The position numbers and the translations under genes were made by a program. DNA of 63,766 nucleotides, filler included, from Octopus bimaculoides (Eukaryota): the NCBI RefSeq assembly GCF_001194135.2. It is 6 parts of 6 records of this genome, joined end to end, with 100 filler letters (N's around TTAATTAATTAA, not from the genome) between each part and the next. Parts side by side here need not be neighbours in the genome. Positions count along the whole stretch, not along the records: positions 4,626 to 33,400 come from NC_068984.1; 5 more parts are not named here. The stretch is one strand, 5' to 3'. Shown here piece by piece: positions 12,448-26,311 of the stretch. Each line of letters begins with the position of its first letter. Within the stretch, counting starts at the first letter, position 1. Under the pieces are notes generated by a model. That model made no database searches. It saw nothing but the letters and a program-made list of their open reading frames with translations, and was not told the origin of the DNA.

Positions 12448-13129
12448 AGAGAGAGAGAGAGAGAGANNNNNNNNNNNNNNNNNNNNNNNNNNNNNNNNNN
12501 NNNNNNNNNNNNNNNNNNNNNNNNNNNNNNNNNNNNNNNNNNNNNNNNNNNNNNNNNNNNNNNNNNNNNNNNNNNNNNNNNNNNNNNNNNNNNNNNNNNN
12601 NNNNNNNNNNNNNNNNNNNNNNNNNNNNNNNNNNNNNNNNNNNNNNNNNNNNNNNNNNNNNNNNNNNNNNNNNNNNNNNNNNNNNNNNNNNNNNNNNNNN
12701 NNNNNNNNNNNNNNNNNNNNNNNNNNNNNNNNNNNNNNNNNNNNNNNNNNNNNNNNNNNNNNNNNNNNNNNNNNNNNNNNNNNNNNNNNNNNNNNNNNNN
12801 NNNNNNNNNNNNNNNNNNNNNNNNNNNNNNNNNNNNNNNNNNNNNNNNNNNNNNNNNNNNNNNNNNNNNNNNNNNNNNNNNNNNNNNNNNNNNNNNNNNN
12901 NNNNNNNNNNNNNNNNNNNNNNNNNNNNNNNNNNNNNNNNNNNNNNNNNNNNNNNNNNNNNNNNNNNNNNNNNNNNNNNNNNNNNNNNNNNNNNNNNNNN
13001 NNNNNNNNNNNNNNNNNNNNNNNNNNNNNNNNNNNNNNNNNNNNNNNNNNNNNNNNNNNNNNNNNNNNNNNNNNNNNNNNNNNNNNNNNNNNNNNNNNNN
13101 TATATATATATATATATGCATGTATATGT

Positions 13130-13329
13130 TTGTGTATCTTTGCTTGTACCCCCACCATCGCTTGACAACCGATGTTGGTGTGTTTAAATCCCCGTAACTT
13201 AGCGGTTCGGCTAAAAAGCCCGATAGAGTAAATACTACGCTTACAAAGAATAAGTCCTGGGGTCCATTTCTTCGAATAAAGGCAGTGCTCCAGCGTGGTC
13301 GCAGTCAAATGACTGAAACAAATATAAGA

Positions 13330-13330
<1 letters not shown>
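13130..13330 (+). mobile_element. 3' half of the dominant SINE
   Basis: CATCGCTTGACAACCGATG...GTGCTCCAGCGTGGTCGCAGTCAAATGACTGAAAC; hairpin at 13302-13315. Confidence 0.85.
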
Positions 13331-13383
<53 letters not shown>

Positions 13384-13557
13384 GTACGGGCTTCTTTCAG
13401 TTTCCACTCAGATGACTTTGGTTGGCTCCAAAGACGCTTGCCCAAGTTGCCTCACAATGGGAGTGAACCCGGAATGATGGGGTTGGGAGGCAAACTTCTT
13501 ACTACACAGCCACATCGTGTTTGTGTGTGTGTATGTGTGTGTGTGAGTGAGTGTTTG

Positions 13558-13589
<32 letters not shown>

Positions 13590-14050
13590 TGTGTGTGTAT
13601 GTGTGTGTGTGTGTGTGTGGATATTTCCTTCGGAGTTTCCCTGAGTAAGGCTATTTCAATCGTAAAGCTTTACTTGATGAAACTTGGAAGTGACTACCCA
13701 TTTTTAAAGAAGGAAAAAAAAATCATGTATTGTTTACTTTTTCTGTTCGTTTTTCGTTTTATATATAAACGATAACATCTATATCAATACACATTCACAC
13801 ACACTCACGAACACACACACGCATCTTTCTATCTGTCTGCCTGCTTATTTGTATGTATGTATGTATGTATGTATGTATGTATGTATGTATGTATGTATGT
13901 ATACGTATGTGTTGGCGTGTGCTGTATTGTATTTACCCAGTGAGGCTAAATGTATATTTATTAAACTTAAACGCTTGAAATATTTAAATTATATCCTTTC
14001 CTTCACATCTATTTATTTTTCAGATATTACAGAACGCAAAGATACATACA

Positions 14051-14083
<33 letters not shown>

Positions 14084-14148
14084 TATCCCTTTCGTGTATC
14101 ACCTAACTGTCTGGATGTTTTGCGTCCTTGTCCCATTTTGTATTATTT

Positions 14149-14199
<51 letters not shown>

Positions 14200-15456
14200 N
14201 NNNNNNNNNNNNNNNNNNNNNNNNNNNNNNNNNNNNNNNNNNNNNNNNNNNNNNNNNNNNNNNNNNNNNNNNNNNNNNNNNNNNNNNNNNNNNNNNNNNN
14301 NNNNNNNNNNNNNNNNNNNNNNNNNNNNNNNNNNNNNNNNNNNNNNNNNNNNNNNNNNNNNNNNNNNNNNNNNNNNNNNNNNNNNNNNNNNNNNNNNNNN
14401 NNNNNNNNNNNNNNNNNNNNNNNNNNNNNNNNNNNNNNNNNNNNNNNNNNNNNNNNNNNNNNNNNNNNNNNNNNNNNNNNNNNNNNNNNNNNNNNNNNNN
14501 NNNNNNNNNNNNNNNNNNNNNNNNNNNNNNNNNNNNNNNNNNNNNNNNNNNNNNNNNNNNNNNNNNNNNNNNNNNNNNNNNNNNNNNNNNNNNNNNNNNN
14601 NNNNNNNTCACAGGCAGTATGTGAATGTATACGTACGTATATCTATACATACACAGAAAACTACACACACACACAAACACACACACACACACACACATAC
14701 ACACACATACACACACATACACAAATAGTATACGGAACTTGATATTTGTGTGTGTGTAAGCGAAAGAGTGTCTGTTTGTGCATGCGTACACACACACACA
14801 CACACACACATACACACACGTACATACATATACAAGCTCACACACACACACACTCACATACATAAATGTGTCGGTCACTATATGGCTTGGTGTTTATTCG
14901 GCAGTGTACACTCACGCACACACACGCACACACGCACACACACATACACACACATGCATGCACACATACACACGCATGCACACACACACATGCACGCACA
15001 CTCACACATACACACGCGCACACACACACACACAGAGTCATACACACACACAGTCATACACACACACACACACAGAGTCATACACACACACACACACACA
15101 CACACAGACATACACACCATGTGTATATATTTACATTGTATATGTTTATGTATCTGTGTGGGAGTGTGTGCGTGCGGCCGCGCGTGTGCGTACGTGCGTA
15201 TGTGGGTAGTAAATTTCTTTGTGAATGAAGTCAAGAGAAGGTGAATGACTTATAAAGTTACAAACAGAAAACTGATAGAGAAAATATGTGAGTTTGTGAG
15301 TGTGAGAGGGTAGCTTATCCGGATGTGCGTATTAGCCTTTTCGACTATGCTTCTACATGTATGTGTGTGTGTGTGTGGTGTGTGTGTGGTGTGTGAGTGG
15401 GGGTGTATAATGTATGTATGTATTCGTATATACATACATACATTCACATATACGTA

Positions 15457-15500
<44 letters not shown>

Positions 15501-17717
15501 CGTGAATATCCATACATATAATATAGTCCGTCAATGATAATACATTGTAACTTGAACTTGTTTGCTCCATTTTTGACGACTTATTGCACACATATACACA
15601 CACGCTCGCATACACACCATGCACCTGCAAAGATGCACGTGCATTGTGTCTGTGCGTGTAATAAGTTAGTGGGTGCTCACAATGATAATATAGATATTAG
15701 TTCTATAGTTGCTGTTTATCCCAGGTCGTGCAAATCTATGATTAAGAAGCCCCTGTTCTGACTATACGGTCTTTTATTTCGATGTACTGTCTTTTATTTA
15801 GACATACTAGATGAAGGACTAAAATATCCTACGTGTCCTCTCACGTTTATCCATTTATCTATCTAGCCATCTATCTATCTAGCCATCTAGATAGATGAGA
15901 GTAGAAAGGGAAGTCTTGTCTAGTGAATGCTTCAAAAAAAGATGGGTGAATGTAGCAAGGATGGCACGTGTGAACGACGGAGCCATCTTGAGCATAACCC
16001 TATGAACAAGAAAAAAAAAGAAGAAAAAAAAAACAAAAAACAAAAAGGCAAAAGAGAGTCACTTACTGTTATAGTTTCTTCAATGAGAATATTGACCAAG
16101 GTTACCGTGGTCTTTTCCGTAGGCTTTTCCTTCCACGGCTAAACCTAAACTGTCCTCCCCTCTTTTACACGAGAACATTACTGTGTGATACACGATCCCT
16201 ATTGATCGGCTTTTCCTTTTTTTTTTTTTTTTTNNNNNNNNNNGATCCCTTTTGATCGAACTCCCCCTTTTTCCCTTCCTACGATCCCTTTTGATCGACA
16301 CCACCACCTTTTTTTTTTCCTTCCTTCCCCCTCCCAAAAAGAAAAGCTCTACATTGTATTTGTCCCATCTTCGTTGAGCCCTGTGTGGCTAATAAAAGAA
16401 ATGTATCTAGCCATCTATCTATCTAGCCATCTATCTAGCTAGCTAGCTATCTATCTAGCTAGCTATCTATCTAGCCATCTATCTGTCTTTTATTTATTTA
16501 TTTACTTATTTATCTATTTATTCATTTATTTTTAGATGGTAAGTTATGAAGGAGTGCGTGTTTGGCTGCTATCTCTAGCGGTCCGAGCAACAGTTGTTGC
16601 CGCTGCCTGGTATTCTTGAAGCTACTGCTGTCCCATTCACTAAACTCTCTGCGCGAAGATGTTGTGCGGGGGTGGGCTGGAGGAAATCACGTGGTGTCAC
16701 GAAGAACAGCTGAATAATGTGCTGAGTGACGTCTAATCGATCTGCTTCGACCTGTACTCGTTCATTCACCACCATCGCCCCCACACCCTTCTTCATTTCT
16801 TCCAAGTCGCGTGTTTATTTATTTCTCCCCTCACCTTCCAACCTCCAACACCCTTCGCTTTCTATCTCTATCTTTCCTTCTCACTTCTTACTTTCTGTTC
16901 TTCTGTAATATTTCCCTTATATAGTTTTTCAGTCTTCTTGTCTTCGTTTTTTTTCTGTATTCTTTTTTCTTTCTTTTTCCTTCTCTTTGCTTACTTTCTT
17001 TTTCCAAGTTCTTTTTCACTTGCTTATTCCCTTTCACATTTTTAACTTCTCTCCTGTTTGTAGTTCTTTCTCTTCCTCCTTTCTTCCTCTTTCTTCAGTT
17101 CTGGACTACCTTTCCTGTTTTCTTTCTTTCTTTCTTTCTTTCGTCAAATTCTTCTGGAAATCCCTCCCTACCCATATCACTTCTGCGGGTGTTGAATTAT
17201 AAAGCTTCAAGAGGAGCAATTAATGGCATCAATCTCACCAGTTTAGGAGGATCTACAACGGTCACAGGTACAATCTTTTCCTTGGGGTACAGCGACTATA
17301 AATAGATTCTCTCTCGTTCTCATGTCCCCCTCTCCTAATCCACTGTTGCTATATTAATTAGCTTCTTCCAGAGTCTCTTACCCTTTTCAAGACGGTAGTG
17401 TGTCTACCATATCGTTATATTGTAGGACTATGTAGAGGCTTCATAAGCAACTGCACTACGAGCCACAAATAAACAATATACCAGACAGAGAGAAAGACAG
17501 ACAGACAGACAGACACAACCGAAGTGTCAGAGTTCGTATCTTGTCTTTGTCATTGCACAGATTCTATATCCATGACGCCTCTATCAAACCTTGCAATTGT
17601 ACAAACCTATGCAAAAATGTGCAGCAATGCGTATCCAAGACAATGTGGGAATGACCTCTACGTAGTTATTTGACCTAACAGGCTAGAATCTCTCTAAAAT
17701 TACGCACTCACGTACGT

Positions 17718-17806
<89 letters not shown>

Positions 17807-18169
17807 TACACACACACACACACTACCTTTGAAATGGTCACCAAGAAACTCCCAAGAAAGCAGGATGATAGCTACACTTGAAATACCTTCGGTTTTCGGT
17901 TTGCTCAAACAAAATTGACTTGAGCTACACAACGGTGACAAGAAGTTTCACTGATCTAGCTTACCCTCTCCAGATTTGCTGCTTTCTACAATTCCTCTAT
18001 TGCCTACATATTTTATAGTTATTGAGTCTTCAGGAATCCAATCGAAAAATTCACTGGTATTGACCTCATTAATCATGGTCGCTGACCCTTCTCTTCAGTT
18101 CAAGATAAATAAACAAATATATAAATAAAACATCAAAGTGGTTTTATCCTTGAGGCAGCCATAATGTTT

Positions 18170-18305
18170 GACACTCACATAGGAGACACTCACATAGGAG
18201 ACACTCACATATGAGACACTCACATATGAGACACTCACATATGAGACACTCACATAGGAGACACTCACATAAGAGATACTCATACAGGAGACACTCACAT
18301 AGGAG
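18170..18305. repeat. 15-bp minisatellite (GACACTCACATA[G/T]GA), about 9 copies
   Basis: Direct tandem units with no unique spacers. Confidence 0.95.
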
Positions 18306-19039
18306 TTTCGCTCAGATTTTAAAATTATTTTTCTTAACTAAACAGTTTGAAACTTCGTATACTGGTGTAATTTCTCATGCTAAACATGGTTTACTTTCAA
18401 CATTTTTGACAAAATGTTGTATTTTAGAAGTTATTTCGTGTTAAAGTTGTTGTATTTGGGTAATTTTAACCAATCAATGACGTGTATTCAGCCGAAGAAA
18501 GCTAACGCTATATGCGATAGTAACCGAAGAGCAACAACTTCTAGGTCATCTCTACTAAATGTCACCACTCTGTTCTGTTTTGTTTTTGTTTACTACCTGT
18601 GCTGCATAGTTCACACTTTTTCGTTTTTGCCTTTTAATCGTCTCTTTGTACATTTGTATTTTCACCACTCGTACAAAGAAGCGATCGAAAAGAAAAAAAA
18701 AAGAAAATAGAATAAAGCGTGTAATATGCAACATGCAACAAGGCAGTAAACAAAAATAAAATAGAACAGAGTGGCGACATTTAGTAGAAATGACCCGGAA
18801 GTTGTTACTCTTCGATTACTATCGCATACAGCAGTAGCTTCAGCTGAATTCACGTTGTTGATTGGTTAAAATTACCCAAATACAACTTTAACACGAAATA
18901 ATTTCTAAAATACAACATTTTGTCAAAAATGTTGAAAGTAAACCGTGTTCAGCGTGAGAAATTACTCCAGTATACGAAGTTTCGAACTGTTTAGTAAAAA
19001 AAAAAAGAAACAAACCCCAAAAAACCTGTGAGCGAAACT
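18304..19039. mobile_element. Foldback/MITE-like element with ~340-bp inverted arms
   Basis: AGTTTCGCTCA...TGAGCGAAACT ends; arms align at roughly 90% by eye around a short centre near 18650-18672. No clear TSD. Confidence 0.9.
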
Positions 19040-19726
19040 GAAGAGATCCTGCCAATCTGCCACTTCTCTTGAAAAAGCGTGAAAGTCACTTATTCTTATA
19101 CTCCCCTCCTAAATTTGAAGTGTAAAGCCTTTGGACGTAATTCGTCACTATTCTCGTAGTGTTGGCTCCCGATTACTTGCAGAGAGTAAAGGGACGGCTG
19201 AAGATATCAGCAAATCGAACAGTCGCCTCGAGCATCATTAAAAGGGAGAAGCCATTTCATATGTTTCATATGTGAGAAAAGTGTAGCGCCGTTGATTCAA
19301 CACCTAATTAAAACTAATAAATTCGAATGAACTCATTATTTCTACATTAACATTTTTTATTGTGAAAATAGTTGAAATATTATACATCCAAGGGCCCCGA
19401 AATTTAGCTCCTTCAGGCGCCAGCAACCTACGCTAGGACCATCCCTAGAGCCTCTGAGAAAACGACAGAAATTTGGCAATGTGGAACAAGATTGGATTCA
19501 GGACGCGGAACCCTTCCCTAAATTCAATGAGACTGAGTTTTTTTAAAGAAAAATTATTTTATTTTATGTTTTTAAGGAAGAGCTCAGCAAATACTCAGGG
19601 GACCACACCTGTGGTTATTCGACTCCAGACAAATATAACGGTTGAAACACCCTCACCTCTTATAAGCTTCTAATTGGGAATAAGAAACGATTCGGTGGTA
19701 TTCCAATACATAATTTCTGTGTGTGT

Positions 19727-19805
<79 letters not shown>

Positions 19806-20429
19806 NNNNNNNNNNNNNNNNCCCATCAATCAATTAGCCAATCCATTCGCGAGTCCATACACACTCAATGATCAATTCATCCTTCTGTCCATCCAGCTAG
19901 TCATCTGCCCTTTCTTTCTCACCAAAAGACAGTCGAGGCCAACTAAAATATTCGATTCAAGTCGACACACTAACGAAATCAACCAGCCAACAAGCCAGTC
20001 AGGCAGCCAGTCAACCAGCAAGCCTGTCGGCATGCCAGCCAACTTACCAGCCAGCCAGTGAACAAGACGGACAGCCAGCCACTAACCTATTTTTGTCGAG
20101 CTGTCTGTTTGTCTTAAGTCTGTTGTAGTTGTTGCAGCGACACAAATGTTTGTTTCCTCTTACATTCATCGATTTACATGAATGAAGTGTGTTTCTGTAT
20201 ACACTCCTTATGTGTGTGTGTGTTTATATGTGTGTGTGTGTTTATATGTGTATGTATGCGCTTATATATGCGTGTGTATGCATGTGATGAGTGTATTGTG
20301 TTTTGTAAGTGTTCGTGTATTATCAGTGTTTATGTGCACATGTATGTATGTGTGCATATGTATGCATAAATGTGCGTGTATTTACGTGTGTATGTAGCTG
20401 TACATATGTATGTATGCGTGTTTCCATGC

Positions 20430-20481
<52 letters not shown>

Positions 20482-21356
20482 NNNNNNNNNNNNNNNNNNN
20501 NNNNNNNNNNNNNNNNNNNNNNNNNNNNNNNNNNNNNNNNNNNNNNNNNNNNNNNNNNNNNNNNNNNNNNNNNNNNNNNNNNNNNNNNNNNNNNNNNNNN
20601 NNNNNNNNNNNNNNNNNNNNNNNNNNNNNNNNNNNNNNNNNNNNNNNNNNNNNNNNNNNNNNNNNNNNNNNNNNNNNNNNNNNNNNNNNNNNNNNNNNNN
20701 NNNNNNNNNNNNNNNNNNNNNNNNNNNNNNNNNNNNNNNNNNNNNNNNNNNNNNNNNNNNNNNNNNNNNNNNNNNNNNNNNNNNNNNNNNNNNNNNNNNN
20801 NNNNNNNNNNNNNNNNNNNNNNNNNNNNNNNNNNNNNNNNNNNNNNNNNNNNNNNNNNNNNNNNNNNNNNNNNNNNNNNNNNNNNNNNNNNNNNNNNNNN
20901 NNNNNNNNNNNNNNNNNNNNNNNNNNNNNNNNNNNNNNNNNNNNNNNNNNNNNNNNNNNNNNNNNNNNNNNNNNNNNNNNNNNNNNNNNNNNNNNNNNNN
21001 NNNNNNNNNNNNNNNNNNNNNNNNNNNNNNNNNNNNNNNNNNNNNNNNNNNNNNNNNNNNNNNNNNNNNNNNNNNNNNNNNNNNNNNNNNNNNNNNNNNN
21101 NNNNNNNNNNNNNNNNNNNNNNNNNNNNNNNNNNNNNNNNNNNNNNNNNNNNNNNNNNNNNNNNNNNNNNNNNNNNNNNNNNNNNNNNNNNNNNNNNNNN
21201 NNNNNNNNNNNNNNNNNNNNNNNNNNNNNNNNNNNNNNNNNNNNNNNNNNNNNNNNNNNNNNNNNNNNNNNNNNNNNNNNNNNNNNNNNNNNNNNNNNNN
21301 NNNNNNNNNNNNNNNNNNNNNNNNNNNNNNNNNNNNNNNNNNNNNNNNNNNNNNNN

Positions 21357-21413
<57 letters not shown>

Positions 21414-22491
21414 TTCTCTTAGGTACAAATAACCAGTTGTTACAATTCAGTATTTATAAGGTCTGTCGGCGAGCAGGTGTGAATTGCTTGAAGTTCTCCG
21501 TTCTGAACTCTTATATGAATCATTAGGTCAGTACAGAGCGTAATAGTAATGAATAAATTCATGACAAAAAAACAGAAGTTACGCAATCACTTCCACTAGC
21601 TTATAGCTGTTTCTGCCATAAGGAATCGTGCACCCAGAGTTGAGTGTTAGTGCGAATTTTATAGCTTCCTCAGGGCTATTTGAATGAAGTGTCACATACA
21701 TACATACACATACATACATACATACATGCATGTATACATACATACATACATACATACATACATTCGATTGTGGGGATTTGGTTTAGGGGCTCCAGGGTTT
21801 TGTGAATGTGGAACCGCCTCTTAGCCACTATCATTCTTGGGTCTACTCTGAGCAGGAGTAGTAGTACCTGTCAGGGTCCCAGCTATGGGGTTAATTAGCG
21901 TGTATGATGACGTTTCATCTACGCCTGGTGACACAGAAATACCGTCGGTTGGTGTCAGGGCACGAAATAAAGCCACTGACACTGAGAGACATCTAGCTTT
22001 TGTCACAGCATTCTTCTAGGCGAAGGAAACTCTAATGTAAAACCTGCAGTTTTGCAGGCTTACTGGTCATCTCAATTCGGCCTGTCACTAGCATTAATTA
22101 TGAAGACTCATAGAGAGGTGCTCGTGCTGTATAAACCTTTATCACTGTAATGCAATGACGCACAGATGTCTCTTTATGGTGACCTCATTTGTCATTCCAT
22201 CTACTGAAAGTCCTTTGGTAATGGAAGAACGGCGACGTATGCAGACCTCACCAGTTGGAAGCGCTCAATGAATTACAACTTTTGTTTGTCAGTTATGCTT
22301 CAAACCATGCAGAGCTGCAACGCGACTGAATAGTCATCACAGAAGTCATGGCCGGAAAGTCAGAAATGCCACTGACAACGAGGAAGCACAAGAAGATGAC
22401 AATAATCTGTGAAGATGGAGCAATCAACATGTATGTATGTGTGTATGTATGTATGTATGTATGTATGTATGTATGCGTGTGTGTATGTATG

Positions 22492-22536
22492 CAAGGGGAC
22501 ATTAACAACCATGCAATAGTTGTTAATGTCCCCTTG
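22492..22536. repeat. Perfect 18-bp inverted repeat with a 9-nt loop
   Basis: CAAGGGGACATTAACAAC-catgcaata-GTTGTTAATGTCCCCTTG. Confidence 0.95.
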
Positions 22537-24638
22537 TGTGTTTAATTTTTATGAATATATCTATATATGTTTGTCAGTTTGTGTGTATGAATGAATGTAA
22601 TTTTTATCATACTTCTTCTCAGAGAGAAGGCGCTGGTTTCTGGAAAAGTGATAGGTGTTATTTGTTGAACTTTAAAAATATCCTGCATACTTTTACCGTT
22701 GTACTTGCAAATTGTATCTACGAAGTGCTTGTTAATCGGGCTCTTTCTTTGTCCGAAAATCTTAGCTTTCCAGATTGCCATGTAGACTGTATGTATGTAT
22801 GTATGTATGTATGTATGTATGTATGTATGTATGTGTATGTGCATGTGTATAACGCATGGGTGTGTGTGTGTGTGCCGCATGTAGGCATGTGGTGGTGTAC
22901 GTATTAAAATGGAGATTAACTGAAAAGTTTTGCAAGTGTTTACTATACTGACAAACATTGGGTTTGAAGGATATGTATCATTTTGCATTGTTTCTTTTTT
23001 CAATTTTCTTGGAAAACTCTAGCATTACCAGGCTTTTGTATGAATATGTTGTTATGTAACCCACTGCATTCCGATGACTAGTACAATTGAATAAATATAA
23101 AATATTGTATTTGCTCCAGATTGTTGTTTTCATTGAAATATTCCACCAGTATTACTTTTTTTTAAAGGCGTGGATATATCCCGATTCTTGTAAGCTATTT
23201 CTATAACCACCAGGACAGTCTTATCTGCATTAGCATTGTAAATAGTTTTGACAACAGTCATAGCTCGTGGAAAGAATGAAACGTAACTTGTTATATCTGT
23301 CTCGAGCCGACATGCTTAACCAGATTTTCAAGGAGTTTAAGCTGAGAGGAAAAGCTCTTCTCTTAACGGGACGCCAACTCGTCGTAGGGTTGGTTAACTT
23401 CCATGTATCACTGGTACTCATTTGCGACCGATTGCACTGGGACCTTATGGGCGTGAGCTCAACACGGTCACCACTAGTCTGCACGTCTTCATATTACATT
23501 ATGTAGTTTGATGTAACATGAAACAGTCTGAATAGCTTTGGCTGGAATGGCCTGAAGTTTTATGCTGACAGCACTAATGAAGCATGTACACTTAGTCCCT
23601 CGGCTAGAGACAGCAACTAAATCGCCTTTGAATCACAGCTAATCGTCTTGGAAAGAGAAGGGCATATTACATAACGTAGTTCGATAAAAACGAAAGAGAC
23701 GGGATGGTTACGGCTAGAATGTTTAGGATTTGCTTGATCAAGGTTGACCTGAGGCTAAACGACGACAACGCTTACATTTTTGATGTTTCAAAATATCAGT
23801 TATTGTTTATGTAAAGCAGTTGTATAGCTTTGCCAGTCCCTCCATTCTAAATGGTTTGCAATGACAAAATATATATTTCCTTTTGTAACTATAATCCAAT
23901 ATTGTAACTTATAGTTTTGTGATGTAATATCTTTGTCAAACAAGTAAACATACCACCACTAGCCTCCTTCTTTCCCAATTCTTTCTTTCTCTTTCCAGAT
24001 ATATCAAACATATACACATACATATTTATGTATGTATAGATCCAATAGATCCAATATTTGTTGACAGTACTGAAATTTGGGATATTTAGAGATAATATTT
24101 CTTTAGCTTCATAGATTCTGGTAAGGAATCTAGCAGGGACTGCTAAATTTCCGGGAATGAATTGACTCTGAGATCAAATCCTATCGGGACAAACTTTTCC
24201 TTTCAGGGTTGATAAATAAAGTAAATTTTTTTGTACTGGAATCGATTAGTTTCTGTCTGTCTGTCTGTTTGCCTGTCCCTCTCTTTTTCCTTCTGTCTGC
24301 CTGACTTTTTCTCAGCTGAAAGAAACCATGTGATCAAACCTAGACTGGGATGTGCTCCTCCCAAAACACACCGTATAGCACAACTGTCCCCTTAGAAACC
24401 ATCAAGGAACTGAAGGCTCAAAGTACGGGAAGGCAATGTGTGATATGTAAGATATCTGGCTGTTATTTCTCGCAAGTCAAAAATCTATATAGAAGCTTCC
24501 TCATTCGCTTATCTTGGCGTCATTACATCTAATTGTATATTGTTAGAATCTTCCTGGTGTTGTTTGTGTATCACTGTCTACATTTGTTTATTCATTGGAT
24601 GACGAGTACCCGTATCTCCATACTGACATCGGTCACTT

Positions 24639-24690
24639 AAAAGTAAACGGAAGGGATATCTTCTAAACAATATTCCTTCCGTTTACTTTT
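24639..24690. repeat. 21-bp inverted repeat with a 10-nt loop
   Basis: AAAAGTAAACGGAAGGGATAT-cttctaaaca-ATATTCCTTCCGTTTACTTTT; one G.U pair on the plus strand. Confidence 0.95.
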
Positions 24691-25385
24691 TTATTGTATG
24701 ATATTACCCGCCGACAAACCTGGGGCTTCATGTGCAGAATCGTTACAGTTCTTAAGACGCCTTTCAGCTCCTAACGTTCAGAGATCAAATACCATCGAGA
24801 CCAATTTTTCATTTTTATCTTTTCGGAGTCGATAAAATAAAGTACCAGTGAAGTACTGAGGTTGGTGGTACTGATTTCTCTCCTCTCCTCAAAACTACTG
24901 ATGTCTCGAGGGCGTCGGACGAAATGCTTTGTATTGTTTAATTATTTCTACAACCTGAGTTCAAATCACAACCAGTTCGACTTTACCTTTTATTCACATG
25001 GTCAATGAATAATGGAACTGTCAAGCACTGGAGATCGTAAACAATTAACGTTCCTCTTTAATTAAAATTAAGACCATGTACCTTAGTATGAATTCCTTAT
25101 TAAATGTACCCTAAAAGCGATGAACTGAGAGAATTGTAATTAAATACAGTAAGGTATTTAGTTAGGATTATTTACGTTCTGGGTTCGAACTCTACCGAGG
25201 TTAACTTTGCTTATTTTTCTTCCGGGTGTCAATAAAATAAAGTCGCAGTCATGTACTTTAGGTCGATGTAATTGACTGATTAATTTCTTATTAATTTCTG
25301 ACCTTGTACTTATATAAGAAATCATTATTACGGATGTCTTTTCTGTGTGATGTTGCCAACTGTCTTACAAATCTTCTTTCTTTAG

Positions 25386-25438
25386 GTATGTTGTAGATCT
25401 GGTGAATATCGAACCTCGGATGGTGCGTTCTGTATTTG
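25386..25438 (+). CDS. Internal exon A of an unidentified plus-strand gene
   Basis: tcttctttcttTAG acceptor and GTAAGC donor. Phase 2->1 reads YVVDLVNIEPRMVRSVF(G) and fits exon B. A second frame (VCCRSGEYRTSDGAFCI) is also open. Confidence 0.65.
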
Positions 25439-25643
25439 GTAAGCAGAAATCCTTCCTTGTTTCACAAGCCATTAAATTTCTGATTTATCATTAGAATAGA
25501 GGGAGCATTAAAATTAAAAATTTGGCCCGTTTGCATTCTGGTTTCGAATCCGACTGATGTCAATTCTGTTTTTCTACTGGGATCGATAATTTATTATATA
25601 CAGGAATCGAGTTAACTTTCTCCAAATTTGTCATCTAGTGACT

Positions 25644-26190
25644 GAGAGAGCAATGCATGCCATCAACGTGATACTAGGGTGCAATTATACGAAGCTCAAT
25701 ATACCCATCATGACTACCCGTCTGATAAGGGTACACCAAGCACATGCATCACGGCAATGTGCAACATGGTGATCTCATACCAAGATAAATAGCGCATGAT
25801 TTTGTAGAGGTGGGACCCAGCTAGAATTTTCTTCAGGTCGAGTAGTCCATCCCACTCAAAAGGTCCCTGAATAAAGTTTGTTTAAGGATAATGAATGAAA
25901 CATCTAATTTTTCCAAAGATATATTATTCAAACCCCAAAGAAATCCTCTCAACACATGGCTATGATGCTCCCCCACTTCCTGCTCGTGATCACAGATGCA
26001 CATATCGTCAGCCACTAAGGGACATGCTCAGCTGTTTAAGGTCAAGCAACTGACAAGTAAATCTCTGGTATTAAGCAGAATATTTGTTGTAGCCCATCTT
26101 TTAGACCAAGATAAAACATGTACATGATAACACTTCTAGTTAGTTAAGATGAGGAGCCATGAGAACCAGTGCCTGATACTGCATCAGGTC
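25644..26190. mobile_element. Interspersed repeat, family unassigned
   Basis: Resembles an abundant octopus repeat from recall only; no second copy in the window. Confidence 0.4.
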
Positions 26191-26261
26191 CCCTCCATTA
26201 TCTGGGGTAGAAAAAATGGCTTGTATTTAACTGTTTTTAACTCTTTACATTTTTGGTGTAT

Positions 26262-26279
26262 TCATTATTATTATTATTA

Positions 26280-26311
<32 letters not shown>

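Noticed and set aside
16575-16805. 76-aa minus-strand ORF
   Set aside because: No recognisable domain and no splice support.
18170-18305. CRISPR-like array
   Set aside because: Contiguous 15-bp units with no spacers, no cas genes, eukaryotic context.
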